40,284 nt of DNA from positions 1 through 40,284 of the forward strand of contig DAOORA010000037.1 of assembly GCA_035389045.1 (NCBI GenBank), in the 5' to 3' direction. Shown here piece after piece: positions 9,223 through 16,632 of the stretch. The translations under genes and the position numbers were made by a program. Numbering within the stretch: position 1 is the stretch's first letter; the number at the start of each line of letters is the position of its first letter. The notes below the pieces were generated by a model. It did no database searches, was not told where the DNA came from, and saw only the letters and a program-made list of their open reading frames with translations. This stretch comes from Bacteroidales bacterium (GTDB lineage: Bacteria > Bacteroidota > Bacteroidia > Bacteroidales > CAIWKO01).

Positions 9223-9799
9223 TTTCCATCAAATATTTTATTACCTCCTCATTCCCCGAAATAATTCCCGAAACTTTCAGCTTTGTATTGATCTTTTCAG
9301 CCACGAATTGCCAGTAAAGTCGCTGATATTTTGAGATATCATCATAATCGGAGTTTTCCTGATAATTGCTCAAGGTACGCCTCACTCTTTTAATATTTTC
9401 ATCAATAAGGTCGTAAAAAAGATCGGTTACTTCTTTGCTGTTCATCAGATAAATAGTCTTATCCAAGCCATACATACCGACTGTTATTGAAGGATAATGA
9501 CCGTTACGACACACCAGTTTGATATCATCAAAACGAATTCTCAATTGGTATGATTCTGATGATTCAAGCAAAATCAATAATAACTCCCAGTCGAAATCAG
9601 ATTCGTTGATATCGCCGGGAAGCCTGTATCGAAATGCAGGTAAAGGCTCAACCCTTTTTTTATACCAGGGGTGATTTTCAATTTTATTCTCTTCAACAAT
9701 AGTAAATTCATTAATATATGACAGACATTGCTCTTCATTTTTCCTGCGCCAATCGGTAAACACTTCTTCGAAAGAATATTTATGTTCTGCTGTTTTCAT
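9212..9799 (-). CDS. Hypothetical soluble protein, translationally coupled between the ClpX paralogue and nrn
   Basis: 195-aa ORF with ATGA overlap with the upstream gene (9796-9799) and 11-nt overlap with nrn. No motif recognised. Confidence 0.75.
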   Translation of the reverse strand: MKTAEHKYSFEEVFTDWRRKNEEQCLSYINEFTIVEENKIENHPWYKKRVEPLPAFRYRLPGDINESDFDWELLLILLESSESYQLRIRFDDIKLVCRNGHYPSITVGMYGLDKTIYLMNSKEVTDLFYDLIDENIKRVRRTLSNYQENSDYDDISKYQRLYWQFVAEKINTKLKVSGIISGNEEVIKYLMENER

Positions 9800-11256
9800 T
9801 TATTAAAGGTTTTAATAAAATCATCTTTTGTTATATGAAAAGTTTCCATGATGATATTTGGAGACTGAAATAATGCCTCTGAAAGTAATTTCTGAAGTAT
9901 TCCACGAATAGCACGAGCTCCCAGCTTAAGTTCAATCACCCTGTCAGCGATCATTTCGCACACATCATCGTCAACAATTAGTTTATCGTAATGTATCCAG
10001 AAAAAATTCTCATATGCATTCAAAAATGAATCCTGGGTGTTTTTAATTATTTCGATTATTTGTTGTTTGGTCAATATGTCCAATGCCAGGTAATAATTTA
10101 TTCGGCCCACGAGTTCCGGAATGATCCCAAAATCAATAAAATCCTGCGGGCTGACACTTTTGAGAATATTATCCGCCGAAGTTTCGTGACCAGCCATGGC
10201 CGATCTGAATCCAATGACAGTGGCATTCATGCGTTTTTCAATAATTCTCTCAATTCCCGCAAAACTACCGCTGAATATAAACATAAGGTTCTTTGTTTTA
10301 AACGCCATGCCTTCTGCATATCGGCCAAGATCCTGTTTTATCACTCTGTCAGCGCCCTCAATAAGTGACAGAAATTCCTGCTGCAAAGCAACACCCCCGA
10401 CATTGCCTTTATTTGTATTTTGTTCGCTGATCTTATCGAATTCATCAAAAAACACCACTCCATTCTCTGCGTCAAACTTTGTTCTTGCCTTTAAATACAA
10501 CAAGGTCAACGCATCTTCAATATTTGAACCGATATATCCTGAACTTACCATTTGTGCGCAATCGACTTTGACAAAAGGCACATCATACATTTCACACAGC
10601 GTTTTTATGATATGCGTTTTCCCGGAACCGGTTGGCCCCAATAACATGATATGCGGATCCGGCAGCAAAACATCGCCTGATCTGCGCGAAACATTTGTAA
10701 TATTATATATTTCCGGGATGATCCGCCTTGTCCTGATAAGATGCAGGTAAAAAGCAAAACTCATATGTTTTTTAGCTTCATCCTGCCCTTTAACAAATTT
10801 GCACAACTCTTTGTAAATGTCTTTTGGCTTTCTGAATGTCGTTAGATGTTGTTTTTTCAGCACCTCATCAGATTCAGAAAAATATATCCTGAAAATGTTG
10901 AAATAATCAGATTTCTCAACGTTACTCAGCTTTTTGAAATAGTTTTCCCAGGTAGTTAATTTTTCAATCGGTGATATGTGACTTTTATTCTTATCATAGA
11001 TTTTTTTACATACATCCACCTCCAGCAGCCACAATATTTCTTTTTTCAGATTAGCTTCCTCACTGATTTCTTTTTTCAGGGTATCGTAAATAGCCAAAAC
11101 TTCGGGCTGGCTTAATTTTGCAATAACCTGCATCAGGAAATATACATCTGAGCTTGTCAATGCCTGGGTGAAAAACAAACAACGGGCAAAATCGTTTTTA
11201 TCTTCAATAAAGTCAGGAATCTGTATAGCTTCAATACCAAAAAACATGTCACCCAT
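9796..11256 (-). CDS. ClpX-like AAA+ ATPase with an atypical N-terminal domain
   Basis: VKGQDEAKK, Walker A GPTGSGKT, pore loop GYIG, Walker B FFDEFDKI, IGF loop (TVIGFRS), PELVGR, LGARAIR. No C4 zinc-binding domain and no adjacent clpP. Confidence 0.9.
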   Translation of the reverse strand: MGDMFFGIEAIQIPDFIEDKNDFARCLFFTQALTSSDVYFLMQVIAKLSQPEVLAIYDTLKKEISEEANLKKEILWLLEVDVCKKIYDKNKSHISPIEKLTTWENYFKKLSNVEKSDYFNIFRIYFSESDEVLKKQHLTTFRKPKDIYKELCKFVKGQDEAKKHMSFAFYLHLIRTRRIIPEIYNITNVSRRSGDVLLPDPHIMLLGPTGSGKTHIIKTLCEMYDVPFVKVDCAQMVSSGYIGSNIEDALTLLYLKARTKFDAENGVVFFDEFDKISEQNTNKGNVGGVALQQEFLSLIEGADRVIKQDLGRYAEGMAFKTKNLMFIFSGSFAGIERIIEKRMNATVIGFRSAMAGHETSADNILKSVSPQDFIDFGIIPELVGRINYYLALDILTKQQIIEIIKNTQDSFLNAYENFFWIHYDKLIVDDDVCEMIADRVIELKLGARAIRGILQKLLSEALFQSPNIIMETFHITKDDFIKTFNK

Positions 11257-11299
11257 AAGAACAAATTTAAAAATTTATATAAAAATCATAAATTGTCAT

Positions 11300-11307
11300 C
11301 AAATATA
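11300..11307 (-). promoter_or_regulatory. Candidate Bacteroidota -7 promoter element for the clpX-like to cmr operon
   Basis: TATATTTG on the minus strand (TAnnTTTG consensus) about 45 nt upstream of the start. The region is AT-rich, so a chance match is possible. Confidence 0.35.
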
Positions 11308-11431
11308 CATATTTTTAACCCGTGAAATTTTTATAAAATAAATTTGTTAACAAGGAAAACATGAAAATGTTTCCCGGCGACCGTTACCATTAATCCACAA
11401 ATATCATACTTAATAATTAATTATATTCATT

Positions 11432-12694
11432 ATGCTTAAACAAGAATTTTTTACCAACATCGGGCTTCCCCTGGAGGAATTTTTGCGAAACCAGATTTAC
11501 AATGCCTTGCAGGGCGAAACTGTAGAGATCATTTTCAAAGAAGCCAAAGTCAGGAAAACTGAAAACTACTGGAAATACATGCTGGAAGGCCACAGCTTTA
11601 AAGTGGACAAAAATATCTCAAAAAAACTTTACACTCTTTTTAACTCCGTTAAAGAAAACCTCGGATATAAAGAAAAACTTGATTTTTATATTTCCAGCGA
11701 CTCCAGTGTCAATGCTTTTGCATTATCCAGTACCGAAGACGACGAGCCTAATATCATCAACATCAATTCTTCATTGCTGAAACTGATGAACGACGATGAA
11801 CTGAGATTCATCATAGGCCATGAGATCGGGCATCTGATAAATAAAAACGCCAACCTGAACAAACTCATCAATTTTGTATTTCCAACAAACTCGAATCTGC
11901 CCGGAGTGTTGATGAACAAGATACGCCTTTGGGAACAGTTATCGGAACTCATCGCCGACAGGTACGGTTTTCTGGCTAACCCAAGCCTGCCGGTATGTAT
12001 CTCGGCATTTTTCAAAATGTCTTCGGGCATGGATGCCAAAGTAGTGGATCTGGATATCAATGCTTTTATGACAGAAAACGAAAATCGTCTTGAATATTTC
12101 AGGAAAGAAAAGGGGCTGAACATTGCTTCGCATCCCATAAACCCCATCCGGATCAAAGCCATTGATTTGTTTTCGAAATCCGACAGGTTTGCCGGTGAAT
12201 CTGGAATAGGAAACTGGCTGACTGATGCCGACCTCGACAAACAAATGACAGAACTCACAGGGGTTCTGCTAAAGGTAAAAAACTCGGAGCTGGATTATCA
12301 TATTTCATATTTTGTGGCCGCTGCAGGCATCATTTGCTCCGGAATAGACGGCGAATTCAACGACCGTGAAGCGGAAATCATCATGCAGGCGCTTTCTGAT
12401 TTCAGCCTTTTTCCGGCAAATTTCTTCGAAGAAATTATTGAGAGTAAAAAAGTGTTTGAGACATTTAATTCATCTGTTAAAAACATACTGGAAATAAACC
12501 CCGCCGAAAAAGATAATTTGCTGGATTTTCTTATCAACCTTGTGATGGCTGATAAAAAAATCAAATCCGACGAACTGAAGTTTATTTTTGAGGTAGGTAC
12601 AGGTTTGCTGGGGTTTACCCGTAAAGAAGTAGCCCAGATCTTTGCATCGTTCATTCAGCGCAATTACATGCCCAGCATACACGATCTGGGTTGA
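11432..12694 (+). CDS. M48-family zinc metallopeptidase with C-terminal TerB-like domain
   Basis: VNAFA, HEIGH (HExxH), ELIADRYG, ASHP..IRI. C-terminal paired TerB-like motifs GIDGEFNDREAE and MADKKIKSDE. No signal peptide or clear TM segment. Confidence 0.82.
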   Translation: MLKQEFFTNIGLPLEEFLRNQIYNALQGETVEIIFKEAKVRKTENYWKYMLEGHSFKVDKNISKKLYTLFNSVKENLGYKEKLDFYISSDSSVNAFALSSTEDDEPNIININSSLLKLMNDDELRFIIGHEIGHLINKNANLNKLINFVFPTNSNLPGVLMNKIRLWEQLSELIADRYGFLANPSLPVCISAFFKMSSGMDAKVVDLDINAFMTENENRLEYFRKEKGLNIASHPINPIRIKAIDLFSKSDRFAGESGIGNWLTDADLDKQMTELTGVLLKVKNSELDYHISYFVAAAGIICSGIDGEFNDREAEIIMQALSDFSLFPANFFEEIIESKKVFETFNSSVKNILEINPAEKDNLLDFLINLVMADKKIKSDELKFIFEVGTGLLGFTRKEVAQIFASFIQRNYMPSIHDLG

Positions 12695-13405
12695 TCAATA
12701 CCGTTTCCTTCTCAGGCTAACCGAGGTCTTCCAAAGTTTTTCAAAAGTTGCCAGATAAGCATTTGCAACATCCGTGTCGGAGAGCACAACAATGTTCTCT
12801 CCGTTTTCCATGGCTGCAGTGCGGGTCCAGTTGTAGCTGCCGGTTATAGTGCGGACTTTGTCAATCACAACGAATTTGTTATGCATCAGCGCCGGACGGT
12901 TGTCTGTCCTGATAGAAATATTGGTTTCAGAAAGCCGGTGGATGTCCGAGCCTTCATCATAACATTTGTCATCATCGGTGATGATACGGATATGTATCCC
13001 ATTATTTTGCGCACTCATCAAAGCCTCTGAGATAAAGTTGTCACTGATAGTAAAAACACAGATATCCAGAGTTTTTTTGGCATCCAGTATTGCCTGGCGG
13101 ATACGTTTCCGGCAACCTTCACCCGGGCTGAAATAGACCTCAGGCTTTGCAGCAGCAACCGGTTCTCTCACACGTTCCAGAAGTTTCAGAGATTCTTCCA
13201 GCCAGCTAAGAACTTTCAATGGGTCACTGCCTGATATGACAGAAGCCGCCTTATCGAACATATAACTTCTTAAGGCTCCGTAATCGGAACCATGTAGTCT
13301 GGCGCCTTTAAGCAGCGCTAACATATCTTCTTTCTCCGTGCCGGATATGGTAAAAGTTTGAACTGTCCAGTCTATTAATGCATATAATTGCTCCCTGTTT
13401 TTCAT
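12695..13405 (-). CDS. Phospholipase D-superfamily (Nuc/Zucchini-like) protein, single HKD motif
   Basis: YFSPG, LDICVFTISD, MHNKFVVID..TITGSYNWT..A..NGEN, with a helical N-terminal extension. Confidence 0.9.
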   Translation of the reverse strand: MKNREQLYALIDWTVQTFTISGTEKEDMLALLKGARLHGSDYGALRSYMFDKAASVISGSDPLKVLSWLEESLKLLERVREPVAAAKPEVYFSPGEGCRKRIRQAILDAKKTLDICVFTISDNFISEALMSAQNNGIHIRIITDDDKCYDEGSDIHRLSETNISIRTDNRPALMHNKFVVIDKVRTITGSYNWTRTAAMENGENIVVLSDTDVANAYLATFEKLWKTSVSLRRKRY

Positions 13406-13676
13406 TGATCCCTTTCCGTTTGATTAAGAAATTGTTTTGATTTTATCTTTTAATATCTTTATGCGCCTTTTTTGCTGCAAATCGTTAGATTTTTCGACAT
13501 AGGGTAAACTATGTCTGCAAAATCTGCCTTGTTTCGCTAAAAAATCCATCATAAATCTTATGTAACATAAAATCAAAACAGTTTCTAAAATTCAGCGGAT
13601 AAAAATATTACAAAAATATTTATTTACAGAAAACTTAATCGTAGTTTTGAAAAAAATTCCTGCCATTGTTCAATTA

Positions 13677-14714
13677 ATGGAAACCATGTCCGGTAAAAAA
13701 TACATTGTCCATGGCAAGTGCCAGAAAGATGCTGACAAAAAAACTTGTGGCGATTTTCTGCTTTACAGGGAAATCAGCGATGAAGGTATCGTTGTGTTAG
13801 TAATGGCTGATGGAGTGGGTTCGCGGCATCACGACTTTATAGCTTCCAATAACGCCTGCAATGCTTTTGTTGATTCATTTTTAAACAATCAGTCGGGCAA
13901 TATGATTCAAAGATTTGAAACAGCTTTAAAGAAAGCCGACCATGAGGTTTCAAGTCCATTGGAGCCGGCATATCATGGTATGATGTCCGTTTTTTTGGCA
14001 GTGGTATGGAATACAAACGAGAATTATTTCTTATGGGATTGTATCGGGGATAGCAGGTTGTATAAATATTCAGCAGAAGGATTGATACAAATAAGCCTGG
14101 ATGGAAAGAAAGCAGTGAATATGCGCGACAAAAGCGGTAAACTGCTGATACAGGATGGCGTGCTGGTCATCAGGGAAGGTCTTACCAATGCTTTGGGATA
14201 TAATGGCGCCCGCATCTCAGTGAAAAGGCAGGATTTCCATGAAGGTGAATCTCTTGTCCTTTGTACTGATGGTATGTACGAAATTGATGATTTTGACGGA
14301 GCTATTACCGGATTTTTATCATCCGGTATTTCTGAAAAAAGATTAGAAAAATTCTTTTCTGCAAATAGGGATTATTTTAAAGATGATGCCAGCATGTTGA
14401 TATTGCAGAGAACCGATCAGCCGCAGAATTATGAACAAAAATATCAGGAAGTGATCCGTAATGGTTCGGATTACAGGCAATTCCGGATATTGCCACATTT
14501 GATAACAAATTATATACAACCGGAAATGCTCAGGCTTGTCAAAGAAAAAAATGAAACCGGCCTGAAAATATTTGCTGCTTATATAGCGGAACATAATTTG
14601 CTCTTAACCGAAGATTTCATCAACAAGGCAATACAGGAAATGAAAGCCACTGATTATATAAATCCTGACTTTTACCACTTGCTGATCAGACAGTTGAAAA
14701 AAATCAACTGGTAA
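13677..14714 (+). CDS. PP2C/PPM-family protein phosphatase with C-terminal helical extension
   Basis: CGD, MADGVGS, IGDSRLY, LTNALG, LCTDGM, DDASM motifs. ATG 13677 preferred over TTG 13647. Confidence 0.88.
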   Translation: METMSGKKYIVHGKCQKDADKKTCGDFLLYREISDEGIVVLVMADGVGSRHHDFIASNNACNAFVDSFLNNQSGNMIQRFETALKKADHEVSSPLEPAYHGMMSVFLAVVWNTNENYFLWDCIGDSRLYKYSAEGLIQISLDGKKAVNMRDKSGKLLIQDGVLVIREGLTNALGYNGARISVKRQDFHEGESLVLCTDGMYEIDDFDGAITGFLSSGISEKRLEKFFSANRDYFKDDASMLILQRTDQPQNYEQKYQEVIRNGSDYRQFRILPHLITNYIQPEMLRLVKEKNETGLKIFAAYIAEHNLLLTEDFINKAIQEMKATDYINPDFYHLLIRQLKKINW

Positions 14715-14928
14715 TTCCGAATTATTATAACTTAAGTTTCGCATAAAAAATAAAATTGACAAATATCAATCATTTGTGGATTGCAAAGAGATTAACACTA
14801 TGGAGAACAAATTTTTTACATATAGTCAAAAAGAATAAAACTACGGTAATTCAGAGCAGCTTCTCCTGAAACGAAAGTGGAAGGAGAAGATTGTCCCTGC
14901 CTGTCGGAGTGTCCGGCACGCCAAGCAG

Positions 14929-15025
14929 ACTTTGTGCGCCTTAGTGCAAACACTTTGTGCGCCTTAGTGGTAAAAAAACTTAACCACGAAGTCGCACTAA
15001 GTACTGTCACAAAGGGACACGAAGG
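14929..15025. repeat. REP-like imperfect palindrome with internal 18-bp direct repeat
   Basis: ACTTTGTGCGCCTTAGTG at 14929-14946 and 14952-14969, mirrored by CCACGAAG, CACTAAG, CACAAAG and CACGAAG on the right; lies between convergent genes. Confidence 0.7.
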
Positions 15026-15073
15026 AAGAAATAAAAATAAATTAAACATAAAAAAAACCAGGCGAAACTCAAG

Positions 15074-16318
15074 TTATAACTCTGTCACTTTTCTGGCCAT
15101 TTCTTTTAAACTTGAATCTTCCAACCCGGCAAAATATCCATAAGTTACTTTAATATCACTATGCTTGAAAGCATCACCGACCATGTCCATCGTGTAGCCA
15201 TCTCGCAGGCTTTTGGTCGCAAAACTGTGACGCGCCCAGTATGTACTTATGCCTTCAGGCAAATGTAATTTTTTTGCAAGATTTTTTATATGTTGATTAA
15301 TAAATCTCGTGAAGTTTCTTATCGCATGGTACTGTCGTTTTTCATCCCATCCGGGTTTAAGAATGCTGAATACATAATTGTTGACGCTGCGGGGTGAGGT
15401 GCCGTATTTTTCAATAACCCTGCGTGAAATATCTGTAAGGAATGCTTCTTGTTCTTCAATATCTTTTTTCGAGGTATTCTGGGTTTTGGATCTTAAATAA
15501 ACGATCTTATCATCGTAAATATTCCTCCATTTCAGTAATGCGATATCCTTTATGTTCATGCCGAATGTAGCAAAACTGAAGAACCAGAAATCTCTTGCTT
15601 TTTCCTGATAAGGATTTTTTACTTCCGCATTTAAAAGTATTCTAAGATGCTCTGTTGTCAGTGCCTTTTTCACTTTTTTGACCGATGGTCTGACGTATTT
15701 CTTTTTGCCAAAAGGATAAATATCTTTAGTGATATCGCTACTCTCGATGGCGAGGTTAAAAACGGCCTGAATTGCACGTGTATATATGGAAACGGTAGTT
15801 CTGCTTGATCCGTGATCCAGCATATAATCTTCAAAGTTCTGAAGCCATTTGGGCGTTATTTCAATAAAAGGAAGATACTCTATTTCTTTCCCGCTGTTTT
15901 CCCTGAGAAAATCCTTCATCTTTTTCTTACAGCATTCATATATGGTGTAAGTACTATACTGCTTATGAGCTTTAAATTCATCTATCCTCAGATCAAAGTA
16001 ATAAAACACATTTTTACCATCGCCTTTTGCTCTGAAAAATTTACGTTCAAAAACCTCAAAAGTGAAGGGACGAATGTCCTTCAGGACTTCATTGGCACGG
16101 CTGAGGACCTCTGTCATCAGCCGGTATTTATCCATGTTTTCGGCTTTAGGTTTTTTGACTCCCCACGTTTCATCGAACTCTTTTTGATTTTGGTCAATTT
16201 TGATATAATAGGCCTTGGATTTTTTTGTAATATCGTCATAAACCCGGAGTTTGACAGGATAGGTATTATCCCTCTTATTTCTTCTGGTATCAAGAATTAT
16301 AGAAGTATTAGCGCTCAT
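15074..16318 (-). CDS. Tyrosine recombinase / site-specific integrase (Bacteroidota type)
   Basis: N-terminal arm-binding-like LDTRR...YPVKLRV, SAM-like middle domain, GMNIKD, RSKT, TYWARHSFAT, KHSDIKVTYGY (catalytic Tyr); next to a tRNA fragment. Confidence 0.93.
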   Translation of the reverse strand: MSANTSIILDTRRNKRDNTYPVKLRVYDDITKKSKAYYIKIDQNQKEFDETWGVKKPKAENMDKYRLMTEVLSRANEVLKDIRPFTFEVFERKFFRAKGDGKNVFYYFDLRIDEFKAHKQYSTYTIYECCKKKMKDFLRENSGKEIEYLPFIEITPKWLQNFEDYMLDHGSSRTTVSIYTRAIQAVFNLAIESSDITKDIYPFGKKKYVRPSVKKVKKALTTEHLRILLNAEVKNPYQEKARDFWFFSFATFGMNIKDIALLKWRNIYDDKIVYLRSKTQNTSKKDIEEQEAFLTDISRRVIEKYGTSPRSVNNYVFSILKPGWDEKRQYHAIRNFTRFINQHIKNLAKKLHLPEGISTYWARHSFATKSLRDGYTMDMVGDAFKHSDIKVTYGYFAGLEDSSLKEMARKVTEL

Positions 16319-16337
16319 ATTATATTTAATTAAAATG

Positions 16338-16345
16338 CAAATATA
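16338..16345 (-). promoter_or_regulatory. Bacteroidota -7 promoter element for the integrase
   Basis: TATATTTG(CA) on the minus strand, 20 nt upstream of the integrase ATG. Confidence 0.55.
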
Positions 16346-16348
16346 CGA

Positions 16349-16461
16349 AAAATTTGCACAATTTATGTGAATTTAATGTTAATAGAATTTATTAAACTTG
16401 TAATTTGATCAATAAAATCAGTATATTTGACAAATAAAATTTGCACAAAATTTGCACAAAA
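16349..16461. repeat. AAAATTTGCACAA direct repeats, candidate integrase arm-type sites
   Basis: Copies at about 16349-16361, 16436-16450 and 16447-16461, between the integrase start and the att core. Confidence 0.55.
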
Positions 16462-16582
16462 AAATGTCAAAAAATGACCTAAATTTGATAATAATAATAT
16501 ATTTTGGCATAACTTATTATTTCTGTGTGTCCAAAATATCAATATTTATGAATAAATATAGTATAAAATAATAATTACATCT

Positions 16583-16632
16583 CTTGCATGGGGTGCAAGG
16601 GGTCGGAAGTTCGAGTCTTCTCGCCCCGACCA
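16583..16632 (+). mobile_element. att site (attR-like): 3' half of tRNA-Pro(GGG)
   Basis: Anticodon arm CTTGC-ATGGGGT-GCAAG, T arm GGAAG-TTCGAGT-CTTCT and acceptor 3' strand CGCCCCG-ACCA. The 5' acceptor strand and D arm are absent upstream. Confidence 0.88.

Noticed and set aside
9212..9799. SAM-AMP lyase, NYN nuclease or Cas6
   Set aside because: No motif I can recognise for any of these; no G-rich C-terminal loop for Cas6.
9796..11256. Housekeeping clpX
   Set aside because: No zinc-binding domain, divergent substrate loops and no tig/clpP context, so the gene symbol is withheld.
14929..14969. Mini CRISPR array
   Set aside because: Only two 18-nt copies 5 nt apart, embedded in a palindrome; too short for repeat-spacer structure.
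14816..15143. ORFs 14816-15049 (-) and 14877-15143 (+)
   Set aside because: They run across the palindromic repeat and into the integrase end, with no protein-like features.
16583..16632. Functional tRNA-Pro gene
   Set aside because: Only the anticodon arm to CCA is present; upstream is AT-rich with no D arm or 5' acceptor strand.
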